A stretch of 64,000 bases of DNA, from positions 29,096 to 93,095 of the forward strand of contig SHYQ01000001.1 of NCBI GenBank assembly GCA_009692765.1, given 5' to 3'. This document shows, piece after piece, positions 48,853-57,780 of the stretch. Positions within the stretch are counted from its first letter, which is position 1. Every line of letters begins with the position of its first letter. The DNA is from Dehalococcoidia bacterium (GTDB lineage: Bacteria > Chloroflexota > Dehalococcoidia > UBA2979). The notes beneath the pieces are model-generated. The model ran no database searches. It saw nothing but the letters and a program-made list of their open reading frames with translations, and was not told the origin of the DNA. The position numbers and the translations under genes are program-made.

Positions 48853-50682
48853 CTACAGGCCGCGGAACGGGTCGGCGTCGGCCTCGCGGCGCACCTCGTC
48901 GGGGCGCGTGGCCCAGGGGACGCGCGGGAAGTTGAGGACGATCGGCACCGGCACCGCGGGCTGGCCGAGCACCATCGTGCCGGGCTTCAGCAGCCGCGCG
49001 CGCGCCTTCGTCGAGGGGAGCATCCAGCCGTACTCGGCGCGCTCCGACTCCGCGGCATCGAGGCGGCCGGTGACGCGGATCGATGCGTTCTCGAGCACGT
49101 CCGGCGCGACGCGCGACGCGCTCTGCTGCGCGCCGATCATCAGAACGCCGAGCGATCGCCCGCGCTGTGCGATGTCGACCAGCATCTCCTTCAGCGGGCT
49201 CTGGCCCTCGCGCGGCGCGTACTTGTTCAGCTCGTCCAGCACCATGATCGAGAGCGGAAGGCGCTGGCCGCTCTCCTCCTTGTCGCGGAACGTCTCGCGC
49301 AGCAGCGCACCGACGACGAAGCGCTGCGCGAGGTCGTGCAGGTTCTGGATCGCGACGACGCTGACCGTGGCGGCGAGGCGGTCGATGCGGTGGCTCTCCC
49401 CGTCGCGGACGAGGCGGCCGAGGCGGGAGTCCATCGAGGCGGCGTGGAGGCGGCGCATGAACGCGCTCACCGTGCCGCCCTGCACGCGACCGCTCCACGC
49501 GTAGTCGGGCTCCGCGCCGTCCTCCGGTTCGAGGTGCGTCGCGATCTCATCGGCGAGGTCACGCAGCGTGCGGATCACGCGCTCCGGGCCGCGTGCATGG
49601 ACCGCGCGCTGTCCGCCCTCGCGGTCGTTCTGCTCCCGCAGCACCACCGCGCCCGACGCGCCGAGGACATCGACGGCGAGGCGCTTCAACTGTGCGCGCA
49701 CGCGCTCTTCGACGAAGGAGATCTGGTTGCGCGCGTCCGTCGCGTCCGTGAAGACGAACTCCAACAGGCCCTCGTCGATGAACTCGCGCGGCGTCCAGGT
49801 GAACACGGCGACGCCGTCTGCGCGCCCGCTGACGTCCGGCATCAGCACGTCGCCGGCGTGGGCGCGCAGGGGCGCCCAGTACGCGACCGTGGGCACGCCC
49901 GGCGTCGCGTGCGGCGTCGAGGCGCGCAAGCCGGGCGTCGCAAGCGCGAACGGCGTCGGCTCGACGCCCAGCCGCCGCCACGCCGCCGCGTCGTCGTCGG
50001 TGAACTCCGTACCCGGGCGGTCGAGGTAGAGCAGGTCCTCGCCCTTCACGTTGAAGACGAGCACGCGCGTGTTCGCGGCTGATGGGCCGAGCAGCTCCGG
50101 GTGCCCCGCGAGCAGGCGCACGAAGAAGAACGCGAACGTCGTCTTCGTCGCGACCCCGGAGACGCCGGCGATCGACATGTGTCCGCCCTTTGTCCCGTCG
50201 AAGAAGTCGAGGTCCAGGTACACCGGCTCGCCGTCACGCCCGCGCCCCACCGCCAGCGGGTGGCGCATCTCGTCCGCATACAGCGCGCGGTCCCGGTCGA
50301 CGCCGCGCGCGCGGAAGACCTCCTCGCCGGGGTCGGCGGCGACCCACACCTCGGGGTCGACGCGCGTGACGGCGACCCGCGCGGTGCGCACCTTCGCTGC
50401 GGGCTGGAGGCCGCCGCCCATCGCGTAGTCGCCCGCGATGCGATGCACGTCCGACTCGTACGCCGCGCCCTCGTAGGTCGCCTCGCTTTCCACGACGACG
50501 CCGTAGGTGCACAGCGTGCCGACGCCGGGCACCTCGGTGCGCACGACGACGAGGTCGTCCACCGCGAGGTGCGCCCCCTCGTCGAGCACGGCGCGGAACT
50601 CCTGTGAGGAGGTGTGCCCCACGCCCACGACCCGCCCGACGCGCTCGCTGGTCTGGAGGGCTGGCATCGCTTCGTCGGTCAT
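48853..50682 (-). CDS. herA: HerA-like (DUF87) FtsK-clade ATPase/helicase
   Basis: Start MTDEAMPALQT after a GGAG SD. ...SIMVLDELNKYAPREG...IAQRGRSLGVLMIGAQQSASR is the HerA/DUF87 signature region. Start overlaps the nurA stop (TGATG). Confidence 0.7.
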   Translation of the reverse strand: MTDEAMPALQTSERVGRVVGVGHTSSQEFRAVLDEGAHLAVDDLVVVRTEVPGVGTLCTYGVVVESEATYEGAAYESDVHRIAGDYAMGGGLQPAAKVRTARVAVTRVDPEVWVAADPGEEVFRARGVDRDRALYADEMRHPLAVGRGRDGEPVYLDLDFFDGTKGGHMSIAGVSGVATKTTFAFFFVRLLAGHPELLGPSAANTRVLVFNVKGEDLLYLDRPGTEFTDDDAAAWRRLGVEPTPFALATPGLRASTPHATPGVPTVAYWAPLRAHAGDVLMPDVSGRADGVAVFTWTPREFIDEGLLEFVFTDATDARNQISFVEERVRAQLKRLAVDVLGASGAVVLREQNDREGGQRAVHARGPERVIRTLRDLADEIATHLEPEDGAEPDYAWSGRVQGGTVSAFMRRLHAASMDSRLGRLVRDGESHRIDRLAATVSVVAIQNLHDLAQRFVVGALLRETFRDKEESGQRLPLSIMVLDELNKYAPREGQSPLKEMLVDIAQRGRSLGVLMIGAQQSASRVAPDVLENASIRVTGRLDAAESERAEYGWMLPSTKARARLLKPGTMVLGQPAVPVPIVLNFPRVPWATRPDEVRREADADPFRGL

Positions 50683-51656
50683 CAGGCGGCTCCGGCAGGT
50701 GCGCCGTGGATGGCGGCGCGCAGCGCGCGGCGCACCAGCCCCTCGTCGCCGAGCCAGCGGCGCAGCTCTCTTTCGAGCGCGGCGATCGGCACAAGGTTCT
50801 GTGGCGCGCGCGCATCCAGGTGCAGCGGCATCGCCGCGAGCGGCAGCAGCGCCGCCGTGCGGTCGGCGAGGACGCGCGCGCGCTCGATGCCGATCGCCTC
50901 GGGCGCCTCGACGCGCGCGATGCCCGACCACGAGTGGCCGTAGGGAATCTCCGCGAGGCGGACGTACCACGAGTAGCGCTGGAACTGGTGGCCGGGGATA
51001 AGGAACACCGGCGTCCGCTCGCCCGCCCGCAGCGCACCGATGATCCGCGATTCCGGCGGTCGCAGGTACGACTGGTGGTGGCTCTTGATGTAGCCCACCG
51101 CCTCGTGGGGGCCGATGTCGTCGAGGCGTCCGTCCGCCACCACGAACCAGCCCTCGCGCAGCAGGGCGAGCACCGTCGCCACCTCCGCCTGCCCGCGTCG
51201 CCGGTCGAGGCGCGCGCGCAACTCCGGGATGTCGCGCCCCTCGGCCGCCTCGACGACGTAATCGAGGCCGGGGACGTGCGGCAGGTCCGGGAGCATCGCG
51301 TCGCCGAACACGGCGACACGGCCGACCGTCACATCGCGGAACGTCGAGCGCCCGGCCTCGCGGTCCCACAGCGAAGCGCCGACCGCGTAGGCGGCGCAGA
51401 TGCCGGGCAGCGGGCCGCCGTCATTCTCAGTATCGGGGTCGTCCAGCGTGAGGCGCGCCTCGATGCGCTGCACACCGTCGACGAAGGCGACACGGCGCAC
51501 GCCATCGTCGCGGCCGGGGAGGGGTTCCCACGCGCCGCGCACCTCGACCGCAGTGTCGACGACCACTTCGCCGGGGAGCGTGTCCGGGTCGGACTCGAAG
51601 GGAGCGCCGTACTCGGGGGACCAGTCCTCCACGTACAGTCTCACCATCCGGGGCAT
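50682..51656 (-). CDS. nurA: NurA-like nuclease
   Basis: RNase-H-like NurA pattern (VAFVDG...VVADGRLDD...GYIKSHHQSY...RYSWYVRL). First gene of the four-gene operon. Confidence 0.65.
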   Translation of the reverse strand: MPRMVRLYVEDWSPEYGAPFESDPDTLPGEVVVDTAVEVRGAWEPLPGRDDGVRRVAFVDGVQRIEARLTLDDPDTENDGGPLPGICAAYAVGASLWDREAGRSTFRDVTVGRVAVFGDAMLPDLPHVPGLDYVVEAAEGRDIPELRARLDRRRGQAEVATVLALLREGWFVVADGRLDDIGPHEAVGYIKSHHQSYLRPPESRIIGALRAGERTPVFLIPGHQFQRYSWYVRLAEIPYGHSWSGIARVEAPEAIGIERARVLADRTAALLPLAAMPLHLDARAPQNLVPIAALERELRRWLGDEGLVRRALRAAIHGAPAGAA

Positions 51657-51678
51657 TCTAGCGGGTCGCGCGCTAGAA
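51656..51678. promoter_or_regulatory. inverted repeat TTCTAGCG-N7-CGCTAGAA overlapping the nurA translation start region (candidate operator)
   Basis: Seen directly: cattctagcgggtcgcgcgctagaacg has 8-9-bp perfect arms. At the 5' end of the nurA-herA-sbcDC operon. Confidence 0.4.
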
Positions 51679-51734
51679 CGCACGTTCGGCTGGCGAGCGG
51701 GCCAGACGAGCCGCGGGTGCGCCTCGCGCGGGCG

Positions 51735-51956
51735 CTACCTCGCACCGGTCGCGCTTCCGCGCAGGCCCATGGTGTGCACGGCGATCGCCAGCAGCAGCGT
51801 CGCGCCGAGGATCGGCGTGAACGTCCGCTTGAGCATCGCCTCCTCCAGCAGCAGCGCCGCCACGAACCCGCTGATCCCGATGGTGACGCCCCAGAAGATC
51901 ACGTGGTCGATCCAGGCGGGCCGCGCGCGCTCCGAGAGCAGTGCCGCGAACACGAG
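51735..51956 (-). CDS. small 2-TM membrane protein or C-terminal remnant of a membrane protein
   Basis: Hydrophobic ORF (...DHVIFWGVTIGISGFVAALLL...ILGATLLLAIAVH). Start unclear. Confidence 0.25.
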   Translation of the reverse strand, partial: LVFAALLSERARPAWIDHVIFWGVTIGISGFVAALLLEEAMLKRTFTPILGATLLLAIAVHTMGLRGSATGAR

Positions 51957-52124
51957 GACGCGTTGGTCATCACGCCCACGAAGATTGTTGCGCGACCGAT
52001 AGCGCGCCCCCCGATTTCGCAAGTGACGTCTATCGAAACCGGCCAGTGAGTGGCCGGCGGCGGCGCACGTGACGGCAGGCCCCGCTGACGTACGAGGCGG
52101 CGGGGCCTGCCCCCGGGGGGGGGT

Positions 52125-53390
52125 CTACACGGCGGGAGCACGCCCCGCATCAGGCTCCGCAGGCTGGCCGGCATCGATCGGGCCGGTCTCCGGCATCGCC
52201 CACGCGCACGCGGCTAGCGCTGGCGCCAGCGCGCAGGCGATGGCGAGGCCGGGGGTGAACGATCCGGTGAGGTCGCGCAGGTACCCGACCAGCAGCGGCA
52301 CGACGAACCCGGCGAGGTTAGCCGCGCCCAGCACCATCGCCACCGCGATCCCGACACGGGCGGCGTTCATGCCCGGGAGCTCCATCGGGATCGTGAAGAC
52401 CACCGGCATGAAGACCCAGCCGACGATGCCCAGCAGCAGGATGCTGGGGATCAGCAGCAGCGGCAGGTCGATCGCGGTCGCCCCGGCGGCGAACAGCGGG
52501 ATGCCGAGGCCCCCGGCGATCAGGAACGGACGTCGCCGCGGGATACGCACGGGCAGCGTCGATCCGATGAGCGCGCCGAGGATACCGAAGAACGAGAGCA
52601 GCCCGCTGATCGTCCCCGCCTGCTCCAACGAGTAGCCCCGTTGCTCGTGGTAGAACGTCGGCAGCCACGACTGGAGCGAGATAAAGGCGCCGAGCGCGCC
52701 CGCCAGGCCGATCGACAGCAGCACCACGACGCGGCTCCGGGCCACCGCGACGAGGTCGCCGAGCGTGAAGTTCGCCGCCGCGCCCGAGGCCTCGGCGGGC
52801 GTCCGGCCGAGCACCAGCCACAACGCGGTCGCCGCCAGTGCCGCCGCGCCGAAGGTGGACAGCGCGCCGTCCCAGCCGAGCGGCCCGGCCAGCCGCGGCC
52901 CGAGCAGCATCGACGTCGTCACCCCGAGGCTCTGGGCGATGACGTTCGCGCCGTTGACGACCGACAGTTCCTTCGTCGGGAACCAGCGCAGCAGCACGCC
53001 GGGAGTCGCGCTGAGGTTGATCGCGGCGCCCAGCGCGAACGAGACGCGCGAGGCGATCAGCAGCGGGAAGGAGCCGGCGAACAGCGAGAGCGCTGTGCAA
53101 CCCATGAGCACGCCGCCGAGGACCAGCGACCACCGCGACCCCAGCCGCGCCGCGAGCAGGCTCGCCGGGACGAGGGCGAGCGCCACCGCAAGCGAGGTGA
53201 CGCCGACCAGCAGGCTCACCGTGGCGTTGTCGACCGCGAACGCCTCGATGATCAGTGGGAACAGCGGCGCGACCGCAAGGAAACTCAGGCCCATCGCGAA
53301 CTGGAGCAGCAGGATCGAGGCTTCGATGACCCAGCGGTAGGAGCGCGCGTCGGTCGCTTCGGCGGCCTCGGTTGTTGGGGTATGTGTCAC
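52125..53390 (-). CDS. MFS transporter
   Basis: 421 aa, 12 predicted TM helices, MFS loop motifs. Confidence 0.8.
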   Translation of the reverse strand: MTHTPTTEAAEATDARSYRWVIEASILLLQFAMGLSFLAVAPLFPLIIEAFAVDNATVSLLVGVTSLAVALALVPASLLAARLGSRWSLVLGGVLMGCTALSLFAGSFPLLIASRVSFALGAAINLSATPGVLLRWFPTKELSVVNGANVIAQSLGVTTSMLLGPRLAGPLGWDGALSTFGAAALAATALWLVLGRTPAEASGAAANFTLGDLVAVARSRVVVLLSIGLAGALGAFISLQSWLPTFYHEQRGYSLEQAGTISGLLSFFGILGALIGSTLPVRIPRRRPFLIAGGLGIPLFAAGATAIDLPLLLIPSILLLGIVGWVFMPVVFTIPMELPGMNAARVGIAVAMVLGAANLAGFVVPLLVGYLRDLTGSFTPGLAIACALAPALAACAWAMPETGPIDAGQPAEPDAGRAPAV

Positions 53391-53574
53391 AGGCTCCCCC
53401 TCGTGCTCACCGGCGCACCAGAGCGTTCAGCATCCGGCTCGAGTCGGTAGCCATCATACGGCTCCGCTCCGCTTCGGAGCCGCGCATAGAGAGGTTCAGC
53501 GTGGTACTCGGTTACACTCGGCGAGCGGCGCGGCGGCCGCGCGTCGACCGCGGGCCTATCGATCGGAGCGGCTG

Positions 53575-54093
53575 ATGTCCACGCTCGTCCCGATGCTGAT
53601 TGCGGTGGCGGTCGGGTTGGGGTCGTCGGCGCAGATCGCGCTGATCGGCGGGATGGTGCGCAGCCGCAGCGCGCCCGAGGCGACGTTCACATCGATGATG
53701 GCGACGCTTGCCGGGATCGCGCTCGTGCTCGCGGTTCGCGGGGCACGCGGTGACGCGCCACAGTACTTCGCGCCGCTCGATCGCGGCATCGCGTTCTTTG
53801 CGGTGGCGGTGGTGGCCGGTGTGTTGCTGCTGCTCTCGATGAAGGGGCTGCACCCCGGCTACGCCGTGACGGGCGTGTTCGCCACCGCGTTCCTCTTGGG
53901 CACGGCCGCGCTCGTGCCGAGGCTGGGCGTCGCGCTGTTCTTCGCCGCCACGACCGCCGGGTCGCTGATCGGGGCGCTGGTCTTCGATCAGATCGGCGCG
54001 TTCGGCGCGCAGGCGACGCCGCTGAACCCGCTCCGCCTTGTCGGCGTGATCGCGGTGTTCGGGGGCGTCATCCTGGTGCGCATCGCGCGCTGA
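53575..54093 (+). CDS. DMT-superfamily small membrane transporter (DUF606/YdcZ-like)
   Basis: 172 aa, ~5 TM, Gly/Ala-rich helices. Confidence 0.55.
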   Translation: MSTLVPMLIAVAVGLGSSAQIALIGGMVRSRSAPEATFTSMMATLAGIALVLAVRGARGDAPQYFAPLDRGIAFFAVAVVAGVLLLLSMKGLHPGYAVTGVFATAFLLGTAALVPRLGVALFFAATTAGSLIGALVFDQIGAFGAQATPLNPLRLVGVIAVFGGVILVRIAR

Positions 54094-54120
54094 CCCGGTC
54101 ACGCGCTTGCGAACGCTCGG

Positions 54121-55155
54121 CTACACGAGTTCGTAGCGGGGCGGGTCTTTCCACATCGCCGACGGGGGGTTCTCCTGCGAGCGGAGCGCGGCGCGGCGGC
54201 GGTCCGCCTCGATCTTCCGCCCCTGCCGGATCACGCGATCCTGCGCGCGCGCGTGCTCCCGGTCGCGCTCGATCTTCTTCTTGCTCGTCGGGCGTCGCGG
54301 CGTGCCGGCGTAGCCCTTGATGCGCCCCTCCTCCTGCAGCTGCGCCAGGTGGCTGCGCACGTTGCCATCGGCCGCGCGGTGCAGGCGGGGGTTCACGTCC
54401 GGGTACATCTCCAGCATGATCTCCCATGAGGTGCGCGGTTTGCCTCCGGCGAGCGCCTTCAGCACCTGTTGCTCGCGCTGGTTGCGGTGGCTGATGTACA
54501 TCTGCAGACGCTCGCGCGGGTCATTGACGATCTGTCCGTGGCCGGGGCAGATCACCTTGAGGTTGGGGAGCGCGGCCAGCCGCTGGAGGCTCCGGCGGTA
54601 CGGGCCAAGGTCGTGCACCGTCGTGGTGGAGGAGCCGAGCAGCGTGTCCCCGGTGAACAGCACGCCCTCTTCCTCGAGGTAGTACGACATCGAGTCGACG
54701 CTGTGGCCGGGCGTGGCGATCACCTGCACGCGGACGCCGCCGCCGAGGTCGATGACGTCGCCGTCTTGCAGCGTCTCGACCTTCGCCGGAAGGCGGCCCC
54801 GCAGGAGCGCGCGTCCGTTATGCGGGATGTTCACCTGCGCGCCCAGCAGCTCGTTGACCCACTTCAGGTTGCCCGAGTGGTCCGCGTGGTGGTGGGTGAT
54901 CGTCGCGATCCCGATCTCCGCCTTCTCCGCCGCCGCCAAGTAGCCGCGCAGGAACCACTGGTAGCGCTGCATCGCCTCCCCCGAGTCGATGGTGAGCGAC
55001 TGCCCGCCCTTCGGACCGAGGAGGTAGATCGACGTGAAGCCGGGGTGCATCGGGTTTTCGTCCGGGACCATCGCGGCGCGGACGGACGGGCTGATCTGCA
55101 TGGCGGCCTCGCACTCCACAGGCAACATGACGGATCGGCTCTCCGGTGCGGCCAC
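54121..55155 (-). CDS. MBL-fold metallo-hydrolase
   Basis: ITHHHADHSGN metal-binding motif plus GHSVDS, GDTLL. Basic C-terminal tail. Start uncertain (an internal Met is likely). Confidence 0.75.
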   Translation of the reverse strand: MAAPESRSVMLPVECEAAMQISPSVRAAMVPDENPMHPGFTSIYLLGPKGGQSLTIDSGEAMQRYQWFLRGYLAAAEKAEIGIATITHHHADHSGNLKWVNELLGAQVNIPHNGRALLRGRLPAKVETLQDGDVIDLGGGVRVQVIATPGHSVDSMSYYLEEEGVLFTGDTLLGSSTTTVHDLGPYRRSLQRLAALPNLKVICPGHGQIVNDPRERLQMYISHRNQREQQVLKALAGGKPRTSWEIMLEMYPDVNPRLHRAADGNVRSHLAQLQEEGRIKGYAGTPRRPTSKKKIERDREHARAQDRVIRQGRKIEADRRRAALRSQENPPSAMWKDPPRYELV

Positions 55156-55320
55156 CCGGGCCGAGCGTCACGGGCGGAGCATAACGGATCGCCGGGCCGC
55201 GGGCGCGCCGCTCCGGCCGCCCCTTCCCGAGGCGAGCGTTCCGAGGCGAGAGATTGGCGAGATCGTCTGGTGTTTGCTGCTCGCGCATCGCGCGCATCTC
55301 GCGCGAGGGGATACATTCGG

Positions 55321-57372
55321 TTAAGGTGTCTACGCAAGTGCGGGACTGGACGGGAGTTCACCACGCGCCGCGCCACCGCCTACCTCCCCGCTGTCGACGG
55401 CCTGCGGGCGATCGCGATCGCGGCCGTCTTCGTGTACCACGCGCACAGCGGGTGGCTGCCCGGCGGCTTCCTTGGCGTTGACCTCTTCTTTGCGATCAGC
55501 GGCTTCCTGATCACCCGCGCGCTGCTCGCGGAGCATGACCGCAGCGGTCGTGTGGACCTGCGCCGGTTCTGGATCCGTCGCGCCCGCCGCCTGCTGCCCG
55601 CGGCGATCGTCTTCATCTTCGTGCTGCTTGCCGTGGCGCAGGCGTTCTTTCCCGCGGACCTGCACGCCCTGCGCGGTGTGGCGCTCGCGGCGGTGGGCTA
55701 CGGCACGAACTGGTACCTGATCTTCAGCGAAGAGTCCTACTTCGAGGTGATCGGCCGGCCGCGATTGCTCCAGCACCTCTGGTCGCTCGCCGTCGAGGAG
55801 CAGTTCTACCTCATCTGGCCGCTGATCCTCGTGCTTGCGCTCCGCATCGTGCCGCGCTCCGTCGCGTTCGGCGGCACGATGCTGCTGGGCCTCGCCTCCG
55901 CGGTGCTCATGGCCGTGATGTACCGCGGCGGCGCGGATGCGTCGCGCCTGTACTACGGGACCGACACGCACGCTGTCGGGCTGCTGCTGGGCGCGGCGCT
56001 GGCGTTCATCGAGCCGGCGTACGGGACGCACGAAGGACGTCGGTTTGCCGGCGCCGCGCAGGCGGGGGGCGTCGCCGCGCTGGGCGTGACGCTGTTCCTG
56101 TTCTGGTGGCTCGCCGAGTGGCGTCCGTTCCTCTACCAGGGGGGCTTCGTGCTGGCCGCGGTCGTCAGCGCGGTGCTCATCGTCGCGGCGTCCGTGCGAG
56201 GGGCGTTCGCGCGCGTCGTCGGCAGCGGCGCGTTCCGCTGGGTGGGTGTGCGCTCCTACAGCATCTATCTCTGGCACCCGGCGGTGCTGGGCACCGCCGC
56301 TGCCGCCCGCCTCGAACTGCCGCCGCCGGTGCTCGCGGCGCTGGCGGCGATCGCGACGATGGTCGTCGCCGACCTGTCGTTCCGGTACGTCGAGACTCCG
56401 GTCCGCAGCGGCGCCGTGGTGCGCGCGATCGAGGAGTTCCGCCGGCTGCGTCGCGATACGCGTTGGGCGGTCGGCGGGGCCGCGTCGCTGGCCTGCTGCG
56501 CCGTGATCATCGGCGTCGTGGCCGCTCCGCCGCCGGCCGCGCCGGCGTATCTCGCGGTACCGGCGATCAGCGGCGTGCTCACCGCACCTCTTCCCAGCGA
56601 CGCGGCGGCGGGTGCGCCCTCGTGGGTGGTGCCGCGCGATACCGTCGGGGGATCCTCGGTCGAGGCGGTGTCGCGTTTAGTGGTCCCGGTCCGCACACCG
56701 GGGGCCGGTCTGACGGTCAGCAGCCTGAGCGCCGTGGTCACGGCCCCGCCCGCGGCCAGCGGCCCTCCGATTGCAGCACCGGCAACGCCCATCGTCGCCT
56801 CGCCTCCCGCGCCGGCTCCTGTCAACTCGTCCGTGCTCGCGATCGGCGACTCGGTGATGCTCGGCGCGGCGCACGGCCTTGCCCGCGCGTTCGGGACGAT
56901 CGAGGTTGATGCGGCGATCGGGCGCGATTTCTGGACGACGCTCCGCATGCTGCGCGAGCGCCACTCCTCCGGCCTGCTGCCGGCGACCGTCATCGTGCAG
57001 GTGGGCAACAACGGTCCGATTACCCGCCCGCAGATGGACGAGATCATGCAGACCCTCGCGGGGACGCAGCGCGTCGTGATCGTCGACCTGCACGTGCCAC
57101 GGCCGTGGGAGGCGTCGAACAACGCGGTCCTCGCGGATGCCGTGTCGCGGTACCCGAACGCGCGTCTCGTTGCCTGGCACGGCGCCAGTGATTCGCGCGC
57201 GGAGCTCTTCTGGGACGACATGCACCTGCGCACCGAGGGCATCAACCTGTATGTGAGCCTGATCGCCGCGCAGGCCGCGCAGGCCGCGCAGGCCGCGCAG
57301 GCCGCGCAGGTCGCGCAGGTCGCGCAGGTCGCGCAGGCCATGCAGGCTGCGGTGACCGCGGATGCGGGGTAG
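55321..57372 (+). CDS. OafA/YrhL-type acyltransferase-3 membrane domain fused to a C-terminal SGNH hydrolase domain
   Basis: ...LPAVDGLRAIAIAAVFVYHA...GVDLFFAISGFLITR acyltransferase-3 signature. C-terminal ...LAIGDSVML... SGNH block. No canonical start codon found in frame near the N-terminus (start uncertain). Confidence 0.7.
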   Translation, partial: LRCLRKCGTGREFTTRRATAYLPAVDGLRAIAIAAVFVYHAHSGWLPGGFLGVDLFFAISGFLITRALLAEHDRSGRVDLRRFWIRRARRLLPAAIVFIFVLLAVAQAFFPADLHALRGVALAAVGYGTNWYLIFSEESYFEVIGRPRLLQHLWSLAVEEQFYLIWPLILVLALRIVPRSVAFGGTMLLGLASAVLMAVMYRGGADASRLYYGTDTHAVGLLLGAALAFIEPAYGTHEGRRFAGAAQAGGVAALGVTLFLFWWLAEWRPFLYQGGFVLAAVVSAVLIVAASVRGAFARVVGSGAFRWVGVRSYSIYLWHPAVLGTAAAARLELPPPVLAALAAIATMVVADLSFRYVETPVRSGAVVRAIEEFRRLRRDTRWAVGGAASLACCAVIIGVVAAPPPAAPAYLAVPAISGVLTAPLPSDAAAGAPSWVVPRDTVGGSSVEAVSRLVVPVRTPGAGLTVSSLSAVVTAPPAASGPPIAAPATPIVASPPAPAPVNSSVLAIGDSVMLGAAHGLARAFGTIEVDAAIGRDFWTTLRMLRERHSSGLLPATVIVQVGNNGPITRPQMDEIMQTLAGTQRVVIVDLHVPRPWEASNNAVLADAVSRYPNARLVAWHGASDSRAELFWDDMHLRTEGINLYVSLIAAQAAQAAQAAQAAQVAQVAQVAQAMQAAVTADAG
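57258..57340 (+). repeat. 9-bp tandem repeat (GCGCAGGYC)x~8 encoding (AQA/AQV)n at the C-terminus of the acyltransferase-SGNH protein
   Basis: Seen directly: gcgcaggccgcgcaggccgcgcaggccgcgcaggtcgcgcaggtcgcgcaggtcgcgcaggcc. Confidence 0.8.
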
Positions 57373-57780
57373 CGCTAGGCAGCGCGGGTGCGCCCTACTC
57401 GCTCCAGGTCGGATGACGTGTTACGGTAGTTTCACGGTCCGAGGATCGCCGGGTAGTCCGGGATCTCGTTTGCAGACCTCCAACCGCACACCGCCTGCGA
57501 GCCCGGAGCCCGGCGGCACCAGCGACCCACGCTGGCGACCCAGCACGACGTGGACGGCACTGAGCAGCGTTCCCCGGTCGCAGACCACTCGGTCTCAGGC
57601 CGAATGCGCGCCCGTTCCACGTTCCTCCGCGGCAACACGACCGGCTCAATGGCGCTCAGCCAGTACGGCCCATTCCGAACTCGGAGAACCATCCGCTTGC
57701 CTTTTTTTGACCGCCGAAGCGCGACCGACACGACCCGTACGACCGATGCGGTCGCCACCACCCCCGTCCGACCCGCCGTC

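Noticed and set aside
48853-51369. Track ORF implying an 838-aa HerA protein
   Set aside because: The N-terminal 229 aa are R/G/A/P-rich artefact overlapping nurA. The real start is the internal ATG at 50682, preceded by a GGAG SD.
51656-51678. Possibility that the nurA-operon palindrome is a LexA/Cheo box
   Set aside because: Arms are TTCTAGCG/CGCTAGAA with a 7-nt spacer, not GAAC-N4-GTTC. Kept as a generic operator candidate only.
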